Assembly: GCA_963805855.1 (NCBI GenBank)
Contig: CAWDVW010000006.1
Span: 260,876 to 324,875, forward strand
From: Candidatus Dadabacteria bacterium
GTDB lineage: Bacteria > Desulfobacterota_D > UBA1144 > Nemesobacterales > CSP1-2
DNA: 64,000 nucleotides
Direction: 5' to 3'
The notes beneath the pieces are model-generated. The model saw only the letters and a program-made list of their open reading frames with translations, made no database searches and was not told the origin of the DNA. Position 1 is the first letter of the stretch. Every line of letters starts with the position of its first letter. Positions 51,783-62,431 of this stretch are shown here, in pieces. Made by a program: the position numbers and the translations under genes.

Positions 51783-52622
51783 ATGAAATTTGGTGCCCAT
51801 GTCTCAATAGCCGGGGGAATCGAAAAGGCTCCCGAGCGAGCTAATAAAGTTGGTTGCGAGTGTTTTCAGATGTTTACCCGGTCCCCCCGAGGCGGGAATC
51901 CTCCTCGACTTGACAGGAAAACTGTGGAATCTTTTTTGACAGCGTGCTCAAGATACGCATTGGCAGATTACTACATTCACACTCCTTATTATATCAATCT
52001 TGCCTCAGAAGATAAAAACATAAGAAGCTCTTCCATTGCAATAATCAATGAGGAACTCAGAAGGGGGCATTTGATTGGAGCGACTTATGTAATGACCCAT
52101 ATGGGCAGTGCTAAGGAGATGGGAAGTCAGAAAGCAATTCGTAGAGTTGTAGAGGGATTAAATATTGTTTTGGAGAAGTCAAATTATAAGACTAAGCTCC
52201 TTTTGGAAAATTCGGCCGGACAGGGGATGACAATCGGTAAAACTTTTGGAGAGCTCTATGAGATCCTCCAAAAGGTAGGGAATGCCGAATTGGGGGTTTG
52301 CCTAGACACTGCACACCTTTTAGCGGCTGGATACGATATCAGGACGAAGAAGGCACTGAACAAGGTCATAAGAGAATTTTCTTCTATGATTGGTTTAGAC
52401 AGATTAAAACTTTTACATGGTAACGACTCAAAGGTTAGATTAGGCGGTAAGAAGGATAGACATGAACATGTAGGAGAAGGGTTTATAGGGTTAGCGGGTT
52501 TTAGAAACATTGTAAATAATCCCGATTTACAGGCCATAGATCTCATAGTTGAGACTCCTCTTGAAAGAATTGAAGATGATATCAGAAACCTGAATAAATT
52601 AAGAAAGTTAAAAGGATGTTGA
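51783..52622 (+). CDS. nfo: Endonuclease IV
   Basis: GAHVSIAGG, HTPYYINLAS, LLENSAGQG, CLDTAH, HGNDSK, DRHE, VETP. Confidence 0.95.
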   Translation: MKFGAHVSIAGGIEKAPERANKVGCECFQMFTRSPRGGNPPRLDRKTVESFLTACSRYALADYYIHTPYYINLASEDKNIRSSSIAIINEELRRGHLIGATYVMTHMGSAKEMGSQKAIRRVVEGLNIVLEKSNYKTKLLLENSAGQGMTIGKTFGELYEILQKVGNAELGVCLDTAHLLAAGYDIRTKKALNKVIREFSSMIGLDRLKLLHGNDSKVRLGGKKDRHEHVGEGFIGLAGFRNIVNNPDLQAIDLIVETPLERIEDDIRNLNKLRKLKGC

Positions 52623-52734
52623 ACTTGCGAATTCCTGTTAGCTTGCTAGACCGTCTCCGGCGTGATCGACAAATTTGTCCTTTGATATGGGGTAAAGTCC
52701 GAAATTGAGCAATCTCACGCCCCTGTTATTTCCT

Positions 52735-53147
52735 ATTCCCAACCGCTACCGGATAAGAATATTCGAGTACAGGGTTAATCGCAGATCCATCCCTTGGTGT
52801 CTTTGTCATTCTCGCGGATTGTAAGCGGGAATCCATGCTTTTGCCTCTGGATCCCCGATTAAAGTCCTCGGGGATGACAAAAAGGCGCGGATCCCCCGAT
52901 CACTCTTGTCCCCGTATGTCCCTACCGGGGAATTCTCGGGGATGACAACAGGGGCTGGGTCCCGACAAGGCCTGTCCCCGCATATTGCCGGTGGGGTTAA
53001 CTGGGAATCCAGGCTTGCTACTATTCCGTCTTTGCGAGGAGTTTTATCCCGAAGCAATCTCATCTTGTTCCCTGTCTGAGATTACTTTGTCCTCTTCGAC
53101 CCTCCGATATTTCGACGGGCTCACGATTCAGGGCTCCTCACAGCAAC
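52735..53147. repeat. Cluster of nested REP-like palindromic elements
   Basis: 52804-52879 complete GTCATT..GATGAC element; 52889-52947 extra right arm with enlarged loop; 53028-53147 gtctttgcgagg..gaagcaatctc..gagattacttt element. Confidence 0.8.
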
Positions 53148-53295
53148 TTAAGAGGCTGCTTGTTTATGTGCTGATACCCCGCACTTTCCCCCACGGTTAT
53201 TCATTTTGGTAACGATATTTGTGTTGACACTATTATAGAAGATTAAGTATCATCTCATCGTTTAAGACTTAAACAAATATTAGAGGATTGCTTCA

Positions 53296-55320
53296 ATGCC
53301 TTCCAAGAGGATCGTAATAATCGGAGGAGGCTTTGCCGGCGTAAAGTGTGCCAAAACCCTGTCTAATCTACTGTCAAGGGAGGAATACGAAATAGTTCTC
53401 TTCAACAGTGAAAACTATATGGTTTTTCAACCGCTTTTAGCTGAAGTTGTAGGAGCGTCAATAAACCCTGATTCGGTAGCCGTTTCGCTTAGGCAGATGT
53501 TGCCCGGCGTACTTTGTCGGACTGAGGATATCAATAAAATAAATCTTGTGAATAATACCGTCGAATACGAAGGTTTGGAAAGCAGAGTTGGTGTGATGAG
53601 TTATGATCATCTTGTGATAGCTAGTGGATCGGTTGTGAATCTTGGTGTTATACCCGGTATGGCTGACCATTCTTTTCCTCTCAAAAATGTGGGTGATGCT
53701 ATTGCGCTGCGTTACCATATTATGCAACAGATGGAGAATGCGGAGGTCTGTGACGATCCTGAACTGAGACGTTGGTATCTCTCTTTCATAGTTATAGGTG
53801 GAGGCTTCAGCGGAGTAGAGGTTGCTGGAGAGATCAATGATTTGGTAAGAGAGACCCAGAAATTTTACAAGAATATCAGTCCTGAGGATATCTCAGTGAC
53901 TATAATACATTCCAGGGATCAGCTTCTTCCCGAGGTAAGCACCAAGCTTCGTGATTTTGCCAAAGTTAAGATGGAAGAGGCCGGAATTAAGATAGTTTTG
54001 AACACCAGAGTATCTTTTGTGACTCCTCAGGGAGTAGGTGTAAGTGGAGATACGTTAATTCAGGGCGGTACAGCTGTCAGTACAATTGGTAATTCTATTT
54101 CTCAATTTTTGGCTAGGCTAGAAGTTCCCAAGGAACGAGGACGTGTACTTACCGAGCCTGATATGCGAGTCAAAGGATGCACTAACGTATGGGCAATTGG
54201 AGACTGCGCTCATATAGTCAATTCCTTTGACGGAAATCCTAGTCCTCCAACTGGCCAGTTTGCCGAAAGGCAGGGCAGGCAGGCTGCAAATAATATTATT
54301 CAGGTTTTAAATGAAAAAGGAACAAAACCGTTTCACTTCAAGCCAATCGGTCAGCTGTGTGCAATTGGTGGACATCGCGCGGTCGCTGAGTTATTCGGAA
54401 TGCATTTTTCAGGTTTTATCGCCTGGTTTATATGGCGGACAGTCTACATGCTTAAACTACCTTCGTTGTCCCATAGAGTAAAAGTTGGCTTTGATTGGGC
54501 CTGGGACCTTTTTTATTCACGTAATTTAGCCCACCCAAAGGCTGATCCTACAGAGCGTATATCGAGGGCTCACTATGAACCCGGAGACTATATTATTATG
54601 GAAGGTGACCCTGGGACAAATTTTTTCGTAATATCGAATGGTGAAGTAGAGGTGGTTAGAGGCGGTAATGGAGGTGAATCACCAGACATCCTAGCCGTTC
54701 TGGGTCCGGGTGATTTTTTTGGGGAAATGGCGTTGATTGATAATCGTCCTCGCAACGCAAGCATACGTGCACGAACTCCCGTCGAGGTGCTTGTAATGGG
54801 AAGAAACGTTTTTCAACAAATTTCGAGCGCACTGGCCCCTTTTCGTGAAATTCTTGCCGATGCCGTGAAAAGAAGGAGCGGAGATCTCTGGCAAAAATTT
54901 CCATTAGCATTTAAAATTCTGGATAACCAGCCGTTTTCTTCGTTTATTGAACCTGTGATTGCGCAACTGAGCACCGATAATACATTTGAAGATGCGCTTA
55001 ATCTACTAATTGAAAAGCCTCTGGAATATTGTTGCGTTGTTGATGATGATAGCATATTGAAAGGTATTTTAACCAGGACAGATTTTGGGCGCGCTGTGGA
55101 CTCCGGGGTTAAACGTCATACCAGAGTGGTTGAATTTATGAAGTCAGATCCAATCATAGTCACAGTAGATGACGACACTCCTACAGTTGCCGCAACCATG
55201 AGACTTCACGGTATCAAATGGATGCCGGTCGTTGAAGATCTCGTTACTAAAAAAATAAAGGGTTATGTTAGAATGGATACAATTATGAAATTTGTCCTCC
55301 AGCATTTGCCCCAACAGTAG
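53296..55320 (+). CDS. Type II NADH dehydrogenase-like flavoprotein fused to cNMP-binding and CBS-pair domains
   Basis: IIGGGFAG, FQPLL, IGGGFSGVEVAGE, AIGDCA; cNMP GDFFGEMAL...PRNAS; C-terminal CBS pair (GILTRTD, FMKSDP). Confidence 0.88.
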   Translation: MPSKRIVIIGGGFAGVKCAKTLSNLLSREEYEIVLFNSENYMVFQPLLAEVVGASINPDSVAVSLRQMLPGVLCRTEDINKINLVNNTVEYEGLESRVGVMSYDHLVIASGSVVNLGVIPGMADHSFPLKNVGDAIALRYHIMQQMENAEVCDDPELRRWYLSFIVIGGGFSGVEVAGEINDLVRETQKFYKNISPEDISVTIIHSRDQLLPEVSTKLRDFAKVKMEEAGIKIVLNTRVSFVTPQGVGVSGDTLIQGGTAVSTIGNSISQFLARLEVPKERGRVLTEPDMRVKGCTNVWAIGDCAHIVNSFDGNPSPPTGQFAERQGRQAANNIIQVLNEKGTKPFHFKPIGQLCAIGGHRAVAELFGMHFSGFIAWFIWRTVYMLKLPSLSHRVKVGFDWAWDLFYSRNLAHPKADPTERISRAHYEPGDYIIMEGDPGTNFFVISNGEVEVVRGGNGGESPDILAVLGPGDFFGEMALIDNRPRNASIRARTPVEVLVMGRNVFQQISSALAPFREILADAVKRRSGDLWQKFPLAFKILDNQPFSSFIEPVIAQLSTDNTFEDALNLLIEKPLEYCCVVDDDSILKGILTRTDFGRAVDSGVKRHTRVVEFMKSDPIIVTVDDDTPTVAATMRLHGIKWMPVVEDLVTKKIKGYVRMDTIMKFVLQHLPQQ

Positions 55321-55411
55321 TTGGCTATTTTGAAATGTTTTCTTGCATTAACACGTTGCATCGGTAAAATAATATTTTAAATTCGGATGTTATGAATCAA
55401 GGAGGTAGTAG

Positions 55412-56089
55412 ATGAATAGAACTCTTCTAATAACTTCAGTGTCATTGGTAGTCTTGATCTTGTGTTGGTCGAATGTTCAGGCAAAAGCTTCAAATTTAAC
55501 TGTGAGTGAGTTCAGGCAGCTATACGATAGTTTGCTAGCAGGGAAGACGCTTGTAAGTGAGGTAAAGAAGGATGGAACGGATGTTAGAAAAGAAAGGATT
55601 TTTGGGAGAGCTATTGATATTGACGACGGTCAATTTGAACTACCTGTAAAGATACTAATCACAACCAGCAAGAATGGGGAAATTCAACAAAAGATTGCAA
55701 TTGATGTTTGGGACGTGGTACATAATTTGGGTGGTTCTGCTATTATATCTGAACAGGTTAGGAAGACTTCTATTGAAAATAAGGGACAAGAGACATTTAC
55801 GACCCGTGACGTAGAATTCCAAGGTGATTTTCACGTTTCCAAAAATGATAAAGGCGGTTTTGATGTTCACAGTTTTGGATTGCAACCATCCGTTCTGGCA
55901 AAAGATGGTAAGATGAGCCTGGCTGGGAACATGGTGTCAAACTCATGTTTTCCTGAGAATGGTGTTACTAAATGTGTGTTAACTATTCGAGATTACGTGT
56001 TAGGTGACTATAAGTCGTTGGAAGGATTTACCCTTGTTGGACCGGCGGGCGGCGACGTTGTAGAAGTCGCAGTAGAGGCTAAGCACTAA
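55412..56089 (+). CDS. Secreted hypothetical protein
   Basis: GGAGG RBS, signal peptide ending VQA, 225 aa. Confidence 0.75.
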   Translation: MNRTLLITSVSLVVLILCWSNVQAKASNLTVSEFRQLYDSLLAGKTLVSEVKKDGTDVRKERIFGRAIDIDDGQFELPVKILITTSKNGEIQQKIAIDVWDVVHNLGGSAIISEQVRKTSIENKGQETFTTRDVEFQGDFHVSKNDKGGFDVHSFGLQPSVLAKDGKMSLAGNMVSNSCFPENGVTKCVLTIRDYVLGDYKSLEGFTLVGPAGGDVVEVAVEAKH

Positions 56090-56180
56090 ATCGAGGTTGG
56101 ATGTTCAATTAGTGGAAACTCCAATCGCTTGGCATTGAATATCATAAGGATCTCAAATAAAAATTAGGAGGTTAATTTAG

Positions 56181-56558
56181 ATGACAAAAGTAATATTTGC
56201 CTTTTCAATCATGGTCATGTTAGCGTCATGTGCTACTTATAGTCCCGTAGTTGACCCCCAGTCTGTACGAAATGATGATAAATATTATCAGGATCGTGCA
56301 GAATGTCGCGAATTAGCTAAGGCTAACACAAGTACTACGAAATCGGTGGCGAAAGATGCATTAATTGGAGGCGCGGTCGGAGCAGGCACCGGATCATTAA
56401 TTGGAGTAATTGCTGGTGATACTGTCAAGGGTCTAGCCCTTGGTTCGGTTATAGGCGGTGTAGCCGGTGGAGCTAAGGGAGTGTACGAAGGTAATAAAGG
56501 TTATGAACAAATTTATAGAAATTGCATGACGGGGAGGGGGTATAGCGTTCTTAATTAA
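56181..56558 (+). CDS. Glycine-zipper lipoprotein
   Basis: Lipobox LASC; GGAVGAGTG...GGVAGG; paired Cys (AECR...NCMTGRGY). Confidence 0.85.
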   Translation: MTKVIFAFSIMVMLASCATYSPVVDPQSVRNDDKYYQDRAECRELAKANTSTTKSVAKDALIGGAVGAGTGSLIGVIAGDTVKGLALGSVIGGVAGGAKGVYEGNKGYEQIYRNCMTGRGYSVLN

Positions 56559-56664
56559 AAGAAGGGTTACTGGGGTCTGGGAAATTGGGAAAACATAAGT
56601 CTTTGGTCTAAATCTAAAACAAAACTGTGCCCTTGTGTTGATTCTCGAATGCAGACTTTATTGG

Positions 56665-57090
56665 TTACCAGGGTGAACCCCATGGGTCAGTTTGTTTTAG
56701 CGGTATAGTCGAGCGTCTCTGTTGTTCCTTAATTTCTACTATTAAAATCCTTGCGTCAGACTTTCCAACATTTTGAATCGAGTTTGTCACCGGGCCAAGC
56801 CAAAAGGCCTCTCCGGCCTTCGCATCGACTTCGGTAATGGTACCATCGGGAGCCACGGCCTTTAGCTTTACAGGTGTAAGAGTATATGCCAACCGAGTTG
56901 GGTGGGAATGCATTCCATCGATTTGCCCCGGCTTAGATTGATATTCAAGCACCCGGACTTGATCGTTATCCAGAATTAGTTTATAGACATCTGGTGAAAC
57001 CTGCACAGGATCTTGAGCCATCGCTGTACATAACGTGAGAAGCAGACTACAGATCGTCAACAGTGTAAAAAAATAAGTGTGCCTTGGCAC
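56665..57090 (-). CDS. Secreted cupin-domain protein
   Basis: Signal peptide ending AMA; DNDQVRVL, MHSHP, ILIVEIK. Confidence 0.8.
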   Translation of the reverse strand: MPRHTYFFTLLTICSLLLTLCTAMAQDPVQVSPDVYKLILDNDQVRVLEYQSKPGQIDGMHSHPTRLAYTLTPVKLKAVAPDGTITEVDAKAGEAFWLGPVTNSIQNVGKSDARILIVEIKEQQRRSTIPLKQTDPWGSPW

Positions 57091-57277
57091 TTCTTTTCCT
57101 CCTGCATTTCTTCTGGATTATTAATATGGTTAAGGGCTAAAATAATAATTGAATTTCTTACAAGTGTCCACATTAAAATAGTGAATCTACCATTTCTCGA
57201 ATGATTAGGGGTGCTAGTTTAGATGCTCCGTTTAATTCTTGGCAAATGGACTTTGGATGAGTCAGTTTTCCAATTTA

Positions 57278-57859
57278 TTATTCGATTTGTTCTTGTTCTT
57301 TTTCAGTCGTAATCCTGTCATGATATTTAGCGGGGATTGAACCGAGGTCGTTTGTTACCTGTATTACACCGTTGTCATCCACCCACTTGTAGATAGGCCC
57401 TTTTTTTGCCCCGGTTGAAGGGGCTGAAATAGAAATTGATTCTTGAGAGCTTAGCGTATCTTCAAGGGGAACCTTATTTGTTACATCGTCAACATTCTCT
57501 TGGCTCTGCATTTGTTCCTGCATAGGGGGATTAACTTGAAGATTGCTGGGCCTCTCCGTGCTCTTTCCAAATGTTGAACCTCCTCCTTCAGTTCCGAGTG
57601 TGGACATTCCAAACGGATTTAAGTTTTCATCAGGCCAGTAGTAATACCAAGGCGCGTCCGATTCTCCCTGGATGACTGCGGGTTGTTGCGAACCACCTGT
57701 AGGCGGCTGGTTGCCTGCAGAGCCGCCATCCGGTGCGCCCCCCGTCGATTGTGATAACACGTATCCTGAGAGCGAAAAATATAAGGCCGCAATTATAAGA
57801 AGACTTGCTAAGAATGACTTTATCGTCCCAAGTCGTACCATATCTAATAATATAAACAA
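57278..57859 (-). CDS. DUF4124-like exported protein
   Basis: N-terminal TM/signal, low-complexity linker, IYKWVDDNGVIQVTND..SIPAKY. Confidence 0.75.
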   Translation of the reverse strand: MFILLDMVRLGTIKSFLASLLIIAALYFSLSGYVLSQSTGGAPDGGSAGNQPPTGGSQQPAVIQGESDAPWYYYWPDENLNPFGMSTLGTEGGGSTFGKSTERPSNLQVNPPMQEQMQSQENVDDVTNKVPLEDTLSSQESISISAPSTGAKKGPIYKWVDDNGVIQVTNDLGSIPAKYHDRITTEKEQEQIE

Positions 57860-57906
57860 GAAATGTTCAATTTAAAATCCGCATGCGATTTAGATTTTCG
57901 ATATTA

Positions 57907-60900
57907 TCAGGTGGAAGACGGAATTTTGAAAAAGATTGTAAACAGTACAGGTACAATAATGAGGGTAAGCATAGTTGCGAAAAGCAATCCGAACATGATC
58001 GTCACCGCCATAGAGACGAAGAAAGCATCCTGTAGAAGAGGTATCATGCCGAGTATTGTCGTCAACGCTGCCATCATCACTGGACGCATACGATTAACAC
58101 CCGAGTCTACAACCGCCCAGTATTTTTCTTTGCCCTCCCTGATCTCAGTATCTATTTGATCAATTAGGACAATTGCATTTTTTATAAGCATTCCAGATAG
58201 GCTGAGCATTCCAAGGAGTGCCATGAATCCGAAGGGTTGCTTAAAGATCAATAGCCCGACCGTCACACCGATGATAGCCAGCGGTACGGTAAGCCATATG
58301 ATCAGGGGTTGTCGGACGGCGTTAAAGAGAAAGATAACTATGAGAACCATCATACCTATGAATACCGGGATGGTCGATTTAAGGGACGCTTGCGCTCTTG
58401 CCGAGTCCTCTGCTTCACCTCCCCACGCGATGTAGTACCCCTGCATACCCATGAGAGGTAACTGGTCTGACTCTCTTATTGGTATAACCTCATGATTAAA
58501 ATCTTCGAATGGGTCATCTTCGGGACCAAAATCGGTCCCCGTGATCTTTCCAACGTCTACCTTAAGAGCCTTTTCTATCTGTGGCTTTACACGCGCCAAA
58601 AGTTCACTGGGAAGTTCAGATTTCGGGTCGGCATGTATCTTGATCATCGTTACCCTGTTTCTTCTACCTATGTTGGCGTCTTCGGTCTCAGTATTGAATC
58701 CGGAAAGGACCTGGCCCATGGGAATCATACGCTGAGCAGCAGGACTCCAGATTTGAATGTTTTGCATGGAACTGGCATTTAGACGCGATGGTTCAGGCGC
58801 CCGGGCTATTATGGGAAGGAGTTCGTTCTCAAAACTGCTTTTGTCTCTGTAGACGCCTGTCGTTGTGCCGGAGAATGATTCTTCAATCGCTTTTGCGAGA
58901 TTCCGTCGCGTTATTCCGAGCTGCCTTGCTTGAGCATCCTCGAGTTGTGGACGCACGACTTTAATCTTTTCCTTCCACTCGTCGCGGACGGCCTTAGCGC
59001 CCGGATCCGCCCGTAGTATATCCTTCGCCTTCGTGGCAAGCTGACGCAGTACGGTGCGGTCAGGCCCACTAATACGAAGCTGAATTTTGCCCCCCTCTCC
59101 GGGGCCGAGTAGAAATTTTCTCACATTGACGACAGCATTGGGCAAGATCTCGTCCAGCCGTTGCTGTACTTGGTGATAGACTTTGTCAATCACTTTGTAG
59201 TTATCAACTGAAACAAGTATCACTCCGTAACTACTAGACGGCTTACCCGGAACATATGTCAGGAGAAACCGTGGGTCGCCTCCGCCAACCGCTGTGATGA
59301 CATGTGTCACGCCATTTACTCCTGACAAGTACTTCTCTGCTTTTTCCAATTCCCTAGCGGTGTCTTTAGTATTGGTACCCTCCGGGAAATATGTCTCTAT
59401 AAATAACTGGGGTCGCGTAGAATTGGGGAAAAACATTTGTTTAATGAAGCCAAAGCCGTAGAGTGAGAGGAGGAATACGCCAACGACTATCGCTATCGTT
59501 ACCCATCGATATCTGATAGCGGTAATTAGACCTCCTTTATATGTTTGAAAGATTTTGCCACCGTAAGGGTCCTCAGCATCCGTAGCATTTGCCTTGTCCT
59601 TTCCTTTTAGGAACATCTTGCACAGGAGTGGAGTGGTCGTGACAGCAGTAACCCAGCTGAGCATAAGTGAGATCAAAATTACCTGAAACAACGAGCGGCA
59701 ATATTCGCCAGTGCTGTCTTTGGAGGTCCCAATAGAGGCAAACGCCAGAACTGCGACTACTGTAGCACCGAGGAGTGGTAACGCCGTTTGTCCTACGACA
59801 TCACTTGCGGCTTTGACACGGTCTGCCCCTTGTTCTATCTTAACCTTCATCCCCTCTACCACTACTATTGCATTATCGACCAGCATGCCGAGAGCAATGA
59901 TCAAGGCTCCAAGGGAGATCCGTTCAAGTGTAATATTCCAGAGGCCCATGAACAGGAACGTTCCGCATATCGTGATAAATAAAACAGCGCCAATAATAAG
60001 GCTGCTACGAAGTCCCATAAAGATCAGGAGAACAACTATAACGATGATCACGGCCTCTATAAGGTTTATTACAAAATTATTTATTGCCTTTACAACAGAT
60101 TCTGATTGTAGTGAGATTACCTCCAGTTCCATCCCGAGAGGTGCCAACGGTCTTAATTCCTCGAGCTTCTTGTCTATCTCCTCACCCATCTGAACTACAT
60201 TTCCACCCAGCACCGTCGAAATAGCAAGACCAATCGTGGGCTTACCGTCATATCTCAGTATGGTACTTGGCGGATCTTTGTAATCGCGCCGGATAGTTGC
60301 AACATCCCCCAGATAAACGAGGCTATCTCCGCCGTGGCTGCTTATGAGCAAACCCTCAAAATCCTTTTCAGATTTAAACTCGCCCGTTGGGTTTATTGGT
60401 ATCAGTTCTGGACCAAGTTCGAGTCTTCCGGCATCCACAGGCAGATTTTTTCCTCTGAGGGCGTTGTATATGTCTTCCTGTGAAATCTCCAATGCGGCCA
60501 TTTTTGGTCTGGACATCTCTACATAGACCGTTTCCGGCTGTTGACCATACAGAACAATTTTCTTAACATCCTTAACCAAAAGCAACTCGCGTTTGAGAAG
60601 ATCTGCGAAGTCTTTCAGGTCTGCATAGGAGTACCCTTCGCCAGTGATAGCCAGATAAACCCCGTATACATCCCCGTAGTCGTCGTTTACTATGGATGGG
60701 CCTGCCCCTGGCGGTAGCTGGCTCTGATAGTCATTAACCTTACGTCTGAGCTCATCCCATACTTGCGGAAGTAAATTTTTATCGTATTGATCCTTGATCG
60801 TTGCCTTTACGATAGATACTCCGCGTGAAGATGTTGATTCCTCTCTCTTAAGCTGCCCGAGCTCCTGAACTGCTTTTTCAATTACGTTAGTTACCTCTTT

Positions 60901-61080
60901 TTCTACTTCAGCCGCGCTTGCACCGGGGTAGGGTGTCGTGATTACGGCTTCTTTTATCGTAAATTCGGGATCCTCCAGGCGAGAGAGATTCTTGAATGAC
61001 CTAATTCCCGCGATCAGGAGAACCAGGGTTAGGGAAATGGTGATAACGTTCTTTTTTATGGAGAATTCGGCTATATTCAT
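57907..61080 (-). CDS. RND efflux permease (AcrB-like family)
   Basis: RLEDPEFTIK, GMLVDNAIVV, GMLIKNAIVL, RMRPVMM; 1057 aa. Confidence 0.95.
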   Translation of the reverse strand: MNIAEFSIKKNVITISLTLVLLIAGIRSFKNLSRLEDPEFTIKEAVITTPYPGASAAEVEKEVTNVIEKAVQELGQLKREESTSSRGVSIVKATIKDQYDKNLLPQVWDELRRKVNDYQSQLPPGAGPSIVNDDYGDVYGVYLAITGEGYSYADLKDFADLLKRELLLVKDVKKIVLYGQQPETVYVEMSRPKMAALEISQEDIYNALRGKNLPVDAGRLELGPELIPINPTGEFKSEKDFEGLLISSHGGDSLVYLGDVATIRRDYKDPPSTILRYDGKPTIGLAISTVLGGNVVQMGEEIDKKLEELRPLAPLGMELEVISLQSESVVKAINNFVINLIEAVIIVIVVLLIFMGLRSSLIIGAVLFITICGTFLFMGLWNITLERISLGALIIALGMLVDNAIVVVEGMKVKIEQGADRVKAASDVVGQTALPLLGATVVAVLAFASIGTSKDSTGEYCRSLFQVILISLMLSWVTAVTTTPLLCKMFLKGKDKANATDAEDPYGGKIFQTYKGGLITAIRYRWVTIAIVVGVFLLSLYGFGFIKQMFFPNSTRPQLFIETYFPEGTNTKDTARELEKAEKYLSGVNGVTHVITAVGGGDPRFLLTYVPGKPSSSYGVILVSVDNYKVIDKVYHQVQQRLDEILPNAVVNVRKFLLGPGEGGKIQLRISGPDRTVLRQLATKAKDILRADPGAKAVRDEWKEKIKVVRPQLEDAQARQLGITRRNLAKAIEESFSGTTTGVYRDKSSFENELLPIIARAPEPSRLNASSMQNIQIWSPAAQRMIPMGQVLSGFNTETEDANIGRRNRVTMIKIHADPKSELPSELLARVKPQIEKALKVDVGKITGTDFGPEDDPFEDFNHEVIPIRESDQLPLMGMQGYYIAWGGEAEDSARAQASLKSTIPVFIGMMVLIVIFLFNAVRQPLIIWLTVPLAIIGVTVGLLIFKQPFGFMALLGMLSLSGMLIKNAIVLIDQIDTEIREGKEKYWAVVDSGVNRMRPVMMAALTTILGMIPLLQDAFFVSMAVTIMFGLLFATMLTLIIVPVLFTIFFKIPSST

Positions 61081-61083
61081 TCA

Positions 61084-62178
61084 CTAAGTCTTGTTTTCTT
61101 CTTGCCCCATTGGCCGTACCTTCATCCCCTCCTGGAGCTGCGATATGCCTGCCACGGCAATCATATCGCCTGTTTTTAAACCACCGAGTACTTCTATGCT
61201 GTCTGCCCCGGTCACGGCACCAACCTTCACTTCCTTTCTATGGACTATCATGTCATGACTGTCTATAACCCAGACGTATTGAGCGCCTGTGTCTCCGGCA
61301 AATACCGCTGTTGCTGGTATGATGAAATAAGATGGATTATCCGCGGCGCCGGCTAATCCTTCTACATGTACCTGTGCCGTCATTCCAGGAAGAATCCTGA
61401 CCCCTTCTGGTTGGGGCATCGTAAATGTCGCGCTGTACGTTTGAGTGCGGGGGTCCGCTTGTGCGCTTATCTCCTTTAACGTAACTAAGAACTCTTTCCC
61501 GGGCGCTGTTTGGAATGAGGCATAAAGTCTCTCGATAGTTCCCTTCTTAGCCGTTGCGATTACGTTTTCGGGAAGATTTATAACAATTTCTATCTCCGAA
61601 ACATCCTGCAGACTGAGAATATTTTCATATGCTCTTACTTCCTGGTAGTTTTCGACGAACTTAGCCCCCACATATCCTCGAAATGGCGCCCTTAAGAAAG
61701 TGTCATTAAGATCAGCCAGGGCTAAATCTAGTTTGGCCTTCGCAGTTTTCAGCTTTGCCCTGCGGACATCCAGGTCAGCTAACGGAACAGCGTCTCTTAT
61801 GTAGAGTTGCTCGTATCTCTGGAAATCTGCCTTAGCTTCAATGTGCCGGGCGCTTGCCTCGTCAACTGCTATTTTATAGTCCCTTGGGTCAATGCGCGCT
61901 AATGGTTGACCCTTTTCCACTTTCTGACCTTGGAACACTGGAAATTCAATCAGGGGTCCAGACACACGAAAAGACAGATCTACCCTTTGAGTCGCCTGCA
62001 CCTTACCCGGAAAACTTCTGCCTGTTAACGAAGACTCGCCCAGTACTAGAGTCTTGACTGGCCTTGTAATCGGAGTTGATTCTTTCTCCTTTTCGCCTTT
62101 GCAGGCGGTGATAATCAATCCTGACGGAGCGCATATCAGAAATGATAGCACTATAAGGGTGTTAAATATTTCTTTCAT
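61084..62178 (-). CDS. RND periplasmic adaptor (membrane fusion protein)
   Basis: LSFRVSG, LRAPFRG, PGMTA, GLKTGD. Confidence 0.94.
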   Translation of the reverse strand: MKEIFNTLIVLSFLICAPSGLIITACKGEKEKESTPITRPVKTLVLGESSLTGRSFPGKVQATQRVDLSFRVSGPLIEFPVFQGQKVEKGQPLARIDPRDYKIAVDEASARHIEAKADFQRYEQLYIRDAVPLADLDVRRAKLKTAKAKLDLALADLNDTFLRAPFRGYVGAKFVENYQEVRAYENILSLQDVSEIEIVINLPENVIATAKKGTIERLYASFQTAPGKEFLVTLKEISAQADPRTQTYSATFTMPQPEGVRILPGMTAQVHVEGLAGAADNPSYFIIPATAVFAGDTGAQYVWVIDSHDMIVHRKEVKVGAVTGADSIEVLGGLKTGDMIAVAGISQLQEGMKVRPMGQEENKT

Positions 62179-62431
62179 CGTGATTAGCTGATATTTCTAT
62201 TTCGGATTACCTTTATTTAATAGCTTCTTGACTGTGAATACATTTAATTTACCTTAGGAATATTCGAAAATAAATCTTTGCAGAAATATCAAGTTGTCGA
62301 TGAATTCAAGGATGCAAAAATCCATATCAAGCATATTATTTCTTATCCTTCAGGTATCCAGTAAGCCGGGTGAGTGTGATATCCACAAATTTCAGGTCAT
62401 CCTACCGTCATGAGAATCTGAATATGAACAG

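Noticed and set aside
52806-53212. ORFs 52806-53063 and 52985-53212 as genes
   Set aside because: They are translations of the repeat cluster
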